Origin: Antedon mediterranea
Taxonomy: Eukaryota > Animalia > Echinodermata
Length of the DNA: 64,000 bases
Assembly: GCF_964355755.1 (NCBI RefSeq)
Contig: NC_092678.1
Coordinates: 4,232,422 to 4,296,421, forward strand
Reading direction: 5' to 3'
How positions within the stretch are numbered: the first letter of the stretch is position 1; each line of letters opens with the position of its first letter. Under the pieces are notes generated by a model. The model saw only the letters and a list, made by a program, of their open reading frames with translations, was not told the origin of the DNA and made no database searches. A program made the translations under genes and the position numbers. Positions 31,501 through 43,900 of this stretch are shown one piece after another.

Positions 31501-32473
31501 TACTGTTTACTTAGGTGAAATTTAGTTTCCATTATATAATTATTACGCCATATGTTCACAATATGAATGTGTCCGTAATTGGTTTGTTTAAACTATTTAT
31601 AATTGCACCTCTATTATACAAAAATTCACATCAAATAATAATAATACTAAGTATTAGTTCAGGCTAGTGAGTATTTGCTTCCATGTCTTGTCTTAAAAAT
31701 TTGACTTAAATGTGTTGACTGACTAGGACAGGGCATTCCAATTCATTCATTCAATTCACATTTATTTACTCATCGTTTATAAATATAATTTTATAATATA
31801 AATGATGGCAAGGACCCTGCATAGAGAAGTTTACAATTCTATTTTCGCAGGACCCTTTTAAATAAAAAACATAAAACAATAAACACAACATAATAAATAT
31901 AAAATAAAAAAACATTATAAAAATTTATCATTGAGAAATTTCTCTATGAATATAAAATAATTTAAAAAGATGTGTTCATTTTTAAAACCATTATACCAGT
32001 CTAGTAGGCCTACTACTTTAGGCAAAAAGTCTAGGACTAACTTACTTTACTATGGAGTATGGCCTACGCCATCCCGCCTGCCTGCATACCTTTAGGCACT
32101 GCTCGCGCCTGGTCTACTACTAGTACTAGCCTGCCCTGGCTAGGCCTAGCCTAGCCCGATCATTTAAAAATCATATTAATATTATTCTAAATAAAAATAT
32201 TAAACGTAAACTCGTCTAGCCTAGGCTCTAGTGTATGTAGGGCATAACTGTTAGCAACTATAATCTTGTTATCGATTAATTCATTAAACAAAAAACACAA
32301 CACATTAAATAAACATATGGTACTGTAAAGTGAAATGGAATTCATTTTATACAACGTGCTCGCCCGCCAAAATCCTCTCATCCCCGCGACATTGAATCAT
32401 CGTCATGCCTTTTTTGGAAGGTCATGGATGGTGCTAACTTACCTTTCTTTTTATTCCTCTTGTTTCGCGGCAT
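25532..32473 (-). CDS. IFRD1: Interferon-related developmental regulator (IFRD1/IFRD2 orthologue), 10 exons, 429 aa
   Basis: Exons 32473-32443, 30347-30143, 29979-29855, 28610-28453, 28086-28036, 27307-27129, 26902-26794, 26543-26409, 26049-25834, 25612-25532, all GT-AG. Motifs: MPRNKRNKKK, EDKLKDAIDGTTQKSAQGR, KKGKGDEQALAA, LRIVAGEAIALFYE, ATDSNKYRAKKDRRTQRSSFRDI, NAAAFKARTKVRSKQRDKR. Confidence 0.96.
26611..26709 (-). ncRNA. SNORD62: Box C/D snoRNA, SNORD62/U62-like, copy A (IFRD intron 7)
   Basis: C box ATGATGA, guide TTCAATAGATCCT, D' CTGA, C' ATGAAGA, D CTGA, terminal stem TGGTGTA/TACGCCA; same strand as host; 3' end ~67 nt from the acceptor. Confidence 0.9.
27380..27993 (+). mobile_element. 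5'-truncated L2/Crack-clade LINE (ORF2 C-terminus plus 3' UTR) in IFRD intron 5
   Basis: Uninterrupted HSITPVLKELHWLPVCKRITFKI..APSLWNKLP..KSRLKAHLF; tail GTAAAGCACCTAGAG..GCGCTATATAAAT(ATT)n; 12-bp TSD TTATTTTTTAAA (27368-27379, 27994-28005). Confidence 0.9.
28297..28393 (-). ncRNA. SNORD62: Box C/D snoRNA, SNORD62/U62-like, copy B (IFRD intron 4)
   Basis: Core identical to copy A; terminal stem TGTGTA/TGCACA. Confidence 0.9.
28557..28928. repeat. Tandem ~190-bp duplication of the IFRD intron-3/exon-4 junction
   Basis: 28557-28750 versus 28756-28928; the second copy has small deletions in the exon-derived part. Confidence 0.85.
29168..29786. repeat. Diverged minisatellite, ~16-bp unit GATTGCTACACTTCTA, roughly 35 copies
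   Basis: TTGCTAC recurs at ~16-bp spacing within IFRD intron 3. Confidence 0.92.
30506..30602 (-). ncRNA. SNORD62: Box C/D snoRNA, SNORD62/U62-like, copy C (IFRD intron 1)
   Basis: Same boxes and D' guide; three substitutions outside the boxes and the 13-nt guide; perfect stem GGTGTA/TACACC. Confidence 0.9.
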
Positions 32474-32516
32474 TTTTCTTTCTCCTTCTCAGTAGAATAA
32501 ATTAAATAATCTATTA

Positions 32517-32623
32517 TCAAGACGTTGGTATACTTTCCAGACTACGAATAAATTTACCCCAAAAATATTTACGTAAAATAAGCGGTCGTATAGATCTGTA
32601 AACTCGTTCAGTCATTTTCCCAT
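32517..32623 (-). promoter_or_regulatory. Two uORFs in the IFRD leader: MGK* (32623-32612) and 32-aa MTERVYRSIRPLILRKYFWGKFIRSLESIPTS* (32615-32517)
   Basis: Read directly; uORF2 ends 43 nt before the main ATG and is followed in frame by TAA TAG. The transcription start is not known. Confidence 0.6.
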
Positions 32624-32747
32624 GAATTGACTTACCCTGATAACAGAATGAAGACTAATAACCTTTGACCTCTTTACACAATAATACTAACACGTAATGC
32701 ATTGTGGGTACGTTAGAACGGAGTTTATGGTGGGATAAACTAAGGAA

Positions 32748-33097
32748 TGACGTCACATTTCTTCCTCCACATGGCGTTACATATTGTGACGCAATCTTAT
32801 ACTTTAGGAAGTTACGTAATATATTGGCGGGAAAGAAGACAAACACCTACTGCAAATTATGGCATTGAGAGTTTGGAACTGGACCACAAAGAAAAGTTAT
32901 AAAACCCTTTTTTCTTGTGAAGAATTGACAATTCTATGCAAAATAATAAATTGTGTGTATATCAACTGGAATTTATCACATCTTTGGGCCTAATGATAGT
33001 GAAATCTGCAAAATAGGCCTAACCTACTATACCCTGTGTTTTAGAAAGACGTCACAACTTCAACCTCCTCTCGGTAAATTCAATAACTATGACGTCA
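32748..33097. promoter_or_regulatory. IFRD upstream region with a bZIP-site cluster (CRE x2, C/EBP-ATF-like, PAR-type) and an E2F-like site
   Basis: TGACGTCA 32748-32755 and 33090-33097; TGACGCAAT 32787-32795; GTTACGTAAT 32811-32820; TTGGCGGGAAA from ~32824. Confidence 0.5.
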
Positions 33098-34997
33098 CTA
33101 CACGCATTTAATCGATGGGACATATGGGGACATTGAAAAAAAAAAAAACAAAGAAACTTTTGTAGAAAGTGATAAGTAATTTATTTCCAAGAACGAATTG
33201 GAAAGAATACAAGTACACAATGAAACAAAAATGTGATGATAACTGCTTTTCAATAAGAAATAAAAAAACAACACAATTTGAGTTTAAATAAAAAGAAAGC
33301 AAAACTAAAAACATTCAAATGGACAAATTTGATCACTAAAACTCTTTGTACCTTATTTAGATAATTATAAGGTTCTTTCACACACACTGTTATAAACCAA
33401 AATGTAAGATGGCCTTAGTGTGAACAGGACTTAAGCATTCACCTCTTCCATGTCAACAAGCACAAACATGTTCACAATACATATGTTAATAAAATAGGTT
33501 TCGGCAGTTGATTAACTTATGCAAAATACAAATTCATTACCCAATGATTATCTTCCTGTATTTAAAAAAATTTAAACTAAGGAAAGACAAAATATTTTTT
33601 TTTAAATAGTAAATAAATGTATTGAAAGTTTGTTTTTGTTGTGATAAATGAAGTTAATTGAACTATAAATACATATGAACCGATGCCAAACTACTGACTT
33701 GAAAGAATTCATTTTATTTAAAACCACTTTGCATCAAATGAAAATTTAATTTCTTGGCTGACATTCTTAAATTAAACTTTGTTTCATAAATTATTTTATC
33801 TTACTTTTCAAATTGTTAAAATTAAAAGATTTTGAATCTCATGTTGGTCTTACTGTTTAAATCTTCTTTTCCACTACAGAAATATTAATATTTTGGCCAA
33901 AAGCACCTTAACAATAAAGAATACTATTACATACAATATGTACAACAAAACATATACACTGTACAAATTTAAAGCCTCATACGCCGGGCGCCAATTGTTT
34001 CTATATCGTGCTAACTCCATAATAAGGAATAAATGAAAAACGGTCAGTAAGAAATTCAAAATGTTCAGTAATGCTTGACCCTTGACCCTGCAATAAAAGA
34101 CTTTACTTGTAATCGACCGTGACAACTTCAGGAAGTCAACATTTACAATTATGCATTCATTTTTAACTTTAACATAATTTCAGGAGTCTATTATTGTGAC
34201 ACTTGACTAGAGATGAATTACAATCCCTCGTTTCTGTATACTGGGTCTATAACTGAGAATTTGAACAAGTAAAGTTTACGAAACATATTTGGTCACACTT
34301 TTCTTTTTTTTTTTCAATGAAAAATTACCCGTAAGAAATGAAACTAAGAAAATTAATACAATTTATAGAAACTGAGTTGTTCTAAATGATTGTCTTTAGA
34401 ATCACCATTCATGATATTAATAATGATGAATACATGTTTACTTATTAATATTCATAATCACATTAGCATAAACATGAATAACAGTTACAGTTTGATTGGT
34501 TATAAAACACCACAAGCTCATGAATTATTCATGTTAAAATTAGCATTGCAACACATCACTGTAACAGATCATAAGAAATATGTTAATAACATGATTATGA
34601 AATATTCATAATAGTTCATTGAATATTCATGATTAACTATGAATATTAATTACTAGCATAATCAGATCATGTGACCAACATGCACAGGCAGACACCTTGG
34701 CTAATGTGTGCAGTGTGTCCAAATACACATACAGTTCAAATGCATGGACTTGCAGACAACACTGCCAAAAAACATTGCCCTTCTGATCACATGGCTCAAA
34801 TACTTTGACCTTTAGACCACATAGCTGTCCAGTTTGGTGTTGCCTTTTGTGACAGTCTCAAGGCATTTTGTTAGACACATGTCTACAAGAAATTCTTCAA
34901 TTACATTTTTGTCAATGACAAATGCATTGTCTAGATGTTGTTCAGTTTTGTAGATGTGTCTCGGGATACGACAACACAACAAGTGCGCATAATTTCT

Positions 34998-37900
34998 TCA
35001 AACAATACTTTGCATTGTCATGTCTGTTGTGTTTCCATTCTCCATTGAATTGATTGCACTTCTTAGTTGTAGTAACCATTGTTTTTTATCGTGTTCATCG
35101 TTTGCTTGCAGCGAACAAGATTGTCCTCCTCCGTTACCATTCAAGGTGTGTACACGTAATGTATGTTTATCTGTTAAAGAAAACAAATTTAAATAATTTA
35201 CTGAAATAAATTCAAATTTAGTCGTTTTAAATTGTTTAATAAGAAAAATAAAATCAAATGTCAACATTCTGTCAAAACCTGACATGCCAGTATTTAGTGT
35301 TTGTCGCCCTCTAATTACAAAAAATGTACATTACTGCACTGCCTATTACTGCTTGCATAAAGTTAGCAACACAACGAGACTTAGTTTTTGTATTAAGATA
35401 CTTTAATTTGCATATTTTGTTTCATGCCACGAAAGCATCATATGTTTGTAAATACAATGCAAATTAGCTTACATGTTTGATTATTAGTAAACGCTCCTCG
35501 GAATGACCCACTTGACTTGACAGTTCCATCTGACAGATCCTCTACGTCAAGTTGATCAACTGGAATTGGTTGACGATGTACTTGATAGACTTTGTTACCA
35601 TTACGCGTCACCATCCGCGTCATCACTAAGATTTCTTCAAACAGGAATACATGCAATTTCTGAAATTTAATTTGAATAAATTAAAGTTGGTTGGTGCAGC
35701 TGGTAGAGTGCCGATCTCTTTGCCATAAGGCTGGAAGGTCGAATCTTGGTTTATGTCATTGGGCATGACACATTATGTGCATGTGGTTTAAACACTAACC
35801 AGTGTACTAATGTACAATACAGACTAATAAATAAATTAATTTAATAATTTATAATATGACTGCGTGATAGGCGATGACCTAAATAAGGCAAGGCATTAAC
35901 TGACTTTGTCTGAATCACAGCATTACTTGTATGTATCACCAATTGGGAGAATTTAAATACACAAACAATTTTTTTCTGAAGACATAGAACTAAGATAGAA
36001 ATGAACTTACCATTCCCTTGTTATTCTTTAGTAGACCACCACAGAGAAGTACTTTTTGTTCATTTATTAATGGATGTCTTTGTTTGTCTTCTAAGTATTC
36101 GAATGAATTTATGTAATGAAGACACTTTGTTTCACCAGTCCTCCTGTCAACAACTTTTATCATATTTTCTGCAACTTTTATCTAAAAATAAAAACAATTA
36201 TATTTATTACAAATTGTTTGTTTTTTTATGTCAGAAAATATCTAAAATTATTTTACCAACGTACAGGAAAAAATAAATCAATTCGATTAATCTTATTATT
36301 TGTTTATTACAATAAAAACAAAACCACAATTAGTTAATTGTGGGCGTTTAATAGCCACTGTTATTCAAACTAACAAACAAATAAACACACATATTTTCCT
36401 GTTGACATATTCCATTAAAAATATTAATCTAATATTTTACAAAATTCTCAGAATGAAGGACACAAAATAACCCAACAGATAAAATCGTACAAAGAAGGGA
36501 CGAGACATTTAATAGTGCGATTATTAGTCTGGTTATCAACTGACGGTTTCCTGTTGAGACAGTTGGGTTTATTTATTATTGGCTGGGTTTTCACAATTTA
36601 TTGACCTCTGACTGATAGACAGATGATGTTAGTATCTTTTATTTAGCAATCAATTAAACTCAATTAGTTAATTACATATCAAGGATTGGCAATTTATCTC
36701 AAATTTACCATTATATTAATCTATCATCCATCTACAATATAATAAAGATTTTTTTTATATATATTGTATTCGTAAGAGAGGTCTACTTCAAATATTCAAA
36801 CGGTTTCCCTCGAAAATACTAATTTTATCACCAAATAGAATAAAAAATATTCTAAACAATGTAAAAACAAAGGGTAAAAAGATAGTACATAGATAGACCA
36901 GACTAAATATACTAATTAAAATGACACCATAATTAGATTTGATGACCTTAAAGTTTTTAATAGAACATGTGTTTAAGGAGTAGTATCACCTCCATGGTAG
37001 TATTCATTTATAAGATCTCACTTATTTCAAGACAATACTGAAGTTATGTGGCCTTGAATGGAGACTTATGGGTGTGCTGCTTACATGATGTTACTTAAAA
37101 TACAGGTATGTTAATGAAAATGTATATCTTTGGATGGTTACTGGTAATAGTGTGGTTAATGGACAGCTGATAAAGACAGCAAGGTTGTCTGGTGGGCTGC
37201 TGCATTCAGGCCTATTAAATGTATTGCTATAGGAAGTCATTTGATGTAGATAACCATAACATATAAACATGATTTAATGAAGCAGAATTCTTATCAGATG
37301 TCAGGGATCCATCAATTTCATCATGTGATACACTTAATATGAAGTACGGAATTCTTTTTTGGGAATCTTTTGTCTCCATTATCAATTTTTAACAAATAAA
37401 TGAATTAAAATGTTAGGTAGATGGTTGAAACTTAATAAATGTTATAAATATACTTACTGCTTCAACTAACGACTGTCTATCTTCATGGTCTCCAGGCGTC
37501 AGCATCAAGATGTTTTTTAACAGAAGAGGGTATTTTACAAGCCGACTCCTCGGAACGTCTAGGAAGTTCCACAGATCAAGTTTACGACTAAAAGGCGATT
37601 CTCGACATCTTTGCAGAAAATCGTTGACTTGTTTTGTTTGCTTTTTCTCGTCTAGAAGCGTCTTGGCTGCAAGTTGGTTGGAACAATACGTAATGTATGT
37701 ATCTAAAACAGTAGGCAGCTATTGAAGAAAATAAAAAATAATAGTTAAAATATTATATAACAGGAATATTGTATTCTTCTTACTTCTGGTGCGCATAAAA
37801 ACAAAAGGTATGTTGTATCATTCCAATGTGCTTATACCAGACATTAAGGTCAGAGGTTAAGTATAATAAAATATAAATAAACCAAGGAGTACTTCCTTTT

Positions 37901-40900
37901 ACCACACTATGGGGTAAGTTGTTTATCCAATGTAGTGACGTAAATTCAATGTTTACCACATAACTGGTCCTTTTTTTTTTTAATTTAAAGCAAACTTTTT
38001 GATTAAAAAATATTTAAATTATTTTAAAAAAACAGAATTCATTTCATCGCATTTCCATATGACCAGGGATGACACTTATAATTTTTTATTTATGCAAATT
38101 TTTAATGATTAAATTGAAAGACTATACATACCCATTCCAAGAAAATCTTCCCTATAACATCTGTAGTCCCGTCTTGATTTCTCTGTAGTCTTAATTTGTC
38201 AATTAATTCTGAAAAACATACATATATGTGCATATTGAGATAATGTCATTATTTTCAACATTCGTCACAACAGGATCAATGCCCGTAAAGGCAAAACGGG
38301 TGGCTGAGGTGTGGCGTATCCCAATTTCCCATCGATAATTAAATTGTTTTGAACATGTAAGTAAAGAGAAAATTAGTTTTACCCTAAGGAGTGCATAGCA
38401 GGCAAAATTAGGGTTAAATCGTGCAAAGTTACACCCATTTCAATAACATGTATGCCATGTCAGCCTGATTAACTATAACAAAGCATAAAAGAGAAAATTA
38501 GTTTCACCCCCAAGGAGCGGGAAATTGAGGGCTAAGTCATGTAAAATACACTCTTTGCAAATAACACGTGTGAGTAGGCATGTCTTTGCTTAATCAAGCT
38601 TTAAAATTATGCACAGTTTATGACTGAGCTCATGCATAATTCATATAAAGTATGAATAATTCATTAATTCTAATTCATTGGAATAAAATTTAATAGTGGT
38701 TTGATATCTTAGACTCATGTTTCGCAGTTCTTGATTGAAACTCAACACAGACCCTAGGAGGTCGGCAAAGACCCTAGGAGGTCGACTCCTTGTAAAACCA
38801 GTCAACTATCGAAAAACAATTAAAAGTTGCTACAACATAGTTGTAATCTGTTCTGTTTTGTTCAATATAAATATTTTTTCTCAAATTTAAATCATAGGAC
38901 TTTTCAGCGACTGCAACCGATGTTTGTACTTTTTTGCAGCGTTAACAAAATTATAGTTGTTTTGTTAAAAAGCAGCGAGTTCTATCACAAGTAAAAATAT
39001 TTTGCTGATTTTTTTTTTGTTTCTATAAACTTTCCTTCCAGACAAAACTTAATTAACTTTGAATTGTAATAAATAAGTTATCTGGAGGAAGCAATAGTAG
39101 AGACTTAATTAATTTAATTAAGTCAACGAGTTAGTTTCACTTTTGGCCGCACATGCTAAGTTTACCTAATACACCATTCCTGCAACGATATCGTATTTTG
39201 TCATCTCTGAGACCAAATTTGTTTTAAAAGGATTTAACAATTTTATAAACAATTTGAATTTTCTGTTTTATAGTAATTACAGTATTATCAAAGATTGGTT
39301 GATTTCAATCTATTACATTTTTTTTGCTTTAAAATCCTGTTATTAAAACAGCTAAAATGAAACTTCAGAATAAAGAAATTGTTTCAATTTTAAGAATATT
39401 AAAGCAATTAGTATGACTTAGATGGCATCTTGATAGATTACTTTAGTCACAAGTGTGAATCAACTTATCAATGTTGTAATTCCTTCAAAACATCTTTCTT
39501 TAACAGCAGACAGTTAAACAAGAAAACAGAACGCGATTAAATTTATGGCATTTTGCCAGTATGTATTTACGCTTTTTTCAGTTTCTTATTCAAAATTCTA
39601 CGATAACAATTCATGCAGAATGTCACTTACCTTCATGCAATGGGGTCAATGTTTCTAACGTGCCGAATATCGTGTTAAGTTCTTGTTCATTTAACATCTG
39701 TAATGATCGCATTGAATCGCGATAAGTTTTCATGATTAGTTTTAAATCATCTGTCATGTCCTGTTCTCCTTGTAATAGTTCAAATATTGCCTATTAGCAA
39801 AAAAAATAATCAATGTTTATTTAAGAAAATTAATGCCGTCTTACAAAGAATCTATCGTTTAACCGTTTACAAGAAACGCATTTCAATATTACCAAGAAAG
39901 ACTTATTATCTGTAATAGAGAAGAATTGTATAAACAAAACAGTACATAAAACCCGGAGTACGTCAGAGTTGCAGGCATCAGTAGTTGCCTTTATCTGCAC
40001 AACAATGATATTATAACTATTGTATTATTCAATTCAAATTTCTGGAAATGCCAGCATGGACAAACACATAAGCCAAACACTCTGGTCTGGATACCAGATG
40101 ATAAAAGGTTGTGTGCGGCCAGCAGTTGGTGGAGACAAATTGGTGTAGAAAAATTAAAATTGGGTGTCGACAAATTAACTATGACCCAGGCAAGTTTGAG
40201 AAGGTCATTGGCCAGTTATAACAGCTGATATTGTTTACTGTTAGGTCATTTTTAGTAATTTAATTTAAATTTTAGGCCAATATTGGCAATTAAATCTCAA
40301 AATCAGGTAATTTATAGTTGTTTAACCTACAACTAGATCATGGCTTTAACATTTAACTTAATTGGTCTTCCTGTGTATTAACATTAACAATATTATGTAA
40401 TGAATGTATTTGGTTGGCACACAATCCTTGAGCAGTATTTTCTTTTGCACAAGGGTAACACTAGGTAGTCCAGTACTAGGTCTAGATTGTCTCGCCTAAG
40501 CACCTGTTAGCAAGTCACACACCCAGACTACTACAGACACCAGTAGCCATATTAATGAGACTAGCCTTAGTAAATTAATTAATAAGGTTAAATGTTATAA
40601 TTTCTATCAAATTGTATATATATTCACAGGCTATGGAAGTCTTCATTTATAACATTACTTGGTTGACTTATCTACGTACAATCTTAACCTTTGTGTTTAG
40701 CCATAGAGATATTATAATATCTTTATGGTTTTAGCACACTCTATAAATTCACCAACTACATATTCATTCAATCTTTTACTTTGGAATCTGTGGTCCATAG
40801 AAAGTAAAATTACATTTAAACTAATTAAAAATAAACAAGGCTGTACTAATTACTACTATATACAGCTTCTTTTTTTATGAACATTTTTATATTAATTACT

Positions 40901-43900
40901 TGCACTGGTGAAGGGCTAGTGTTGCCTGAAAGCTCTGCTAACTTTTCTGGCCGTTTTTATTTAGCTTGCGCTTTTTTTTTTGTATCTCCATTGAGATCCA
41001 GCCACTTATTTTTTCAGTAATTTGGATTTATATTAATTAAAACAAAACCAATTTCAACAAAAATGTATTATTGCAACCACTCACCTCTTGTCGTTTGATT
41101 TGTCTCTTTGTCATTACTTCATTAATATTTCCTTGTACTGTCTCCGACCATAATCTGCTATCCCTCCTTTTTGTAGGTGTTGCCTGCGGCTTGCTGTATG
41201 GTTTTATTGTCACACTTGGTGATGGTGTGGTGTTTCGGAAACTCATCGACCTCTGTAGAAGCAATTTAGAAATTTGAAGCACATGAAAATTCTCTCGTAA
41301 TTCCACAATGGCAGGCTTTTTCACTTTACTATTATTGTTAGAAATGTTACTCGTATTGGCCATATTTTCTGAGCTGGCAGACTCGTAATAATCTCTGCAG
41401 GGCATGACTTTTGTTCGTACACATAGAGCTAACCAGCTTAGCTCCTGCCTAGCAGACTGCTTATTTGTCAATGATTACATTGGTTCATTGTTCACTGGTT
41501 AAGTGATGCAATTCAACTACAGCCGACCAATCAGAGACAGTCAGTAGGAAATATGACCTTTTCATAGAAGGACAAAGCTAATTCAGGTTTTAATAGTATT
41601 ATAGTACACTGCATGAGTAGAATACTTTATTATACTACAGCCCACCACCTATAGAAATGCAACAAAATATTTCTGTTCATATTTTTTTTCTCCCATGGGA
41701 AATATGTAAACAACGTCAGAAAGCAATTTAGGCGTAGTCACTAAATTTGTTTGTCCATAAACTTTTTGATTACTGATCATCAAATTTGTTTTCTATCTCA
41801 GCAACTAATATTTAATAATCAATTTATTATTTTTATTATGTTTTTCAAATCTACAGTAAATAATAATATACCAGAATTTTATATACTGTACCAACAATAA
41901 CATTCTTGCAAGTTTGAAATTTCTTTGATAAAAAAAGTTATACAATTTACAAATGTAAATGTTTTCAATAAAAATGTTTTAATCTGAGATGAATAATAAA
42001 AATGTGTACATATGTATAACATCAAATATATATATATCAAATTTAATGTTACTGTATATGTATTAATTCCAAGATAATAAAATCAGTAATTAAATTTAAC
42101 CAATCAAATTTCATTTTTATCATGTTGGTTAAATGACAATAAATACTAATGTATCATACATAAATAATTGATTTTAAAGTGATAAAGCTTTGATCCTAAA
42201 ATCGGCAATATGAAGACATATAACACAGCTTGAAATTACCCATCTAATAGCCATCTTGCTATGATACCTGATAAAAATAACTATCAGGTCAAGATCAGTA
42301 TTCATATCTAGTCTATACAACTAAGAACTTTGTTCCAATACTAAGAAATTGGCAGGTATAGCAATCTATTAGAGGAACAACACTGTCTTAATAGGAAGAT
42401 GCTGCTGGGAAGAAACACACAACATAATGGTTGTAGGTCATCATGGCTATTTAAAATTAAAAATGATTAAAAGTATAAATAATGAGTCTATATTATATAA
42501 ATATCTCCTTAAACATGCAAAAATAAATCATGTTGCTATTTAAAATTATTAAAGTATAAATAATAATGAAACTATATTATAATATTAAGATGAAAATCTT
42601 GTGATTATTTAAATTTGTTATTGTCTTCTTGAACTTTTGGAAACATTAACAAAAGTTTAGGTAAACATTTTAGTCTTAAAAATATGTATTTTCTTACTCT
42701 ATCTTTGCTATTTATACACTTTCGACACTATACAGTAGTAGGTTTAAAAAAAAAATAATCATGGTGTTCAATGGTAAATGAATTTGGGACCCTTCGGACC
42801 TCAAGAAAAGTCTGGCTTTGGAGAGTTTCCGGTTTTCAGAGAGTTCAGTATAAGTTGACTAGTTGTTTTGTCATAGTCTTAAGTTGCTTAATATACATAT
42901 TTTTGTATTAAATATTATTTTCTTTCTTATATTACTCTACTCAATCTTCATTATTTCCTTTACATGCTGAATCAATTTAAGTATCATCATATAATCTAAA
43001 TGAACTTTCATTTCAGCGAATATTAACTATAATGTAGGATGCTGATAGGTTGTACTGTAGATACGCACGTTGGTGTGAGGTTTCTCAGCCAATAACACGA
43101 TCAGCACTTGGGATTAGCAGGCTGCCTAACTAACGCAAACAACACATTGCAATTTAAAGAAAGGTTTCAGAATTTTGAAAAGTGTTAACTTGCCTACCTT
43201 ATTATACACCATCAATTATATCATCAAGCTACGATCAAGAGATATGGAATGACTTTCCTAACAATATGAAAACTATCAAACAATGGAATAAATTTTTCTT
43301 TGCAATGATATAAAGAGACAATGATTCATGCACATGGCCAATCAGACAACAATTTTACACATGGATGGAAATTTAAAATAAAATATTCTCATGTATATTT
43401 AACTTGTGGAGTGATGAGACTTAAATAAGTAATCTTTACATTCTTAGATGCCTTTTAAGATTACTTTTATTAAGTACTCTTTTGACACATCTTGATGCTT
43501 CACAACCACAGAGCAATGGCTTACAATTGTTTAGACAGAGTTCAATAGTAGGTAGGAGGTACGTAAAGGAAAGCAGCCAAAATATAGTGCATACTATTGC
43601 ACACCGTGTGACTCACAATCGTTCAATCAAATGACAGAAATTTTAGAGGTTTTATATAATTTCATCTATTTGTTTGTATGAAACAGATCTAATATTGTTA
43701 AATTATGCTTTAGTTGGAAAGGCAAACATGTTTTTTTGTAAACCAACTTCATATTCTTTTTAAAATGTTTGATCTACCTCTTTCAATGATGAATTTACTT
43801 GTGTTTTCAACCTTCTTTATACCATTTCTGTGACTTTTTTAGAATTATTCAAAAGCCTTCCACAAATAAAATTTAATATGCAGCAACCTTCCTCAGTAGC

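Noticed and set aside
41253-41471. N-terminal part of ORF 41037-41471 as the RhoGEF start
   Set aside because: Family similarity begins at the acceptor at 41252 and continues in exon 47264-47163; an alternative start here is unsupported.
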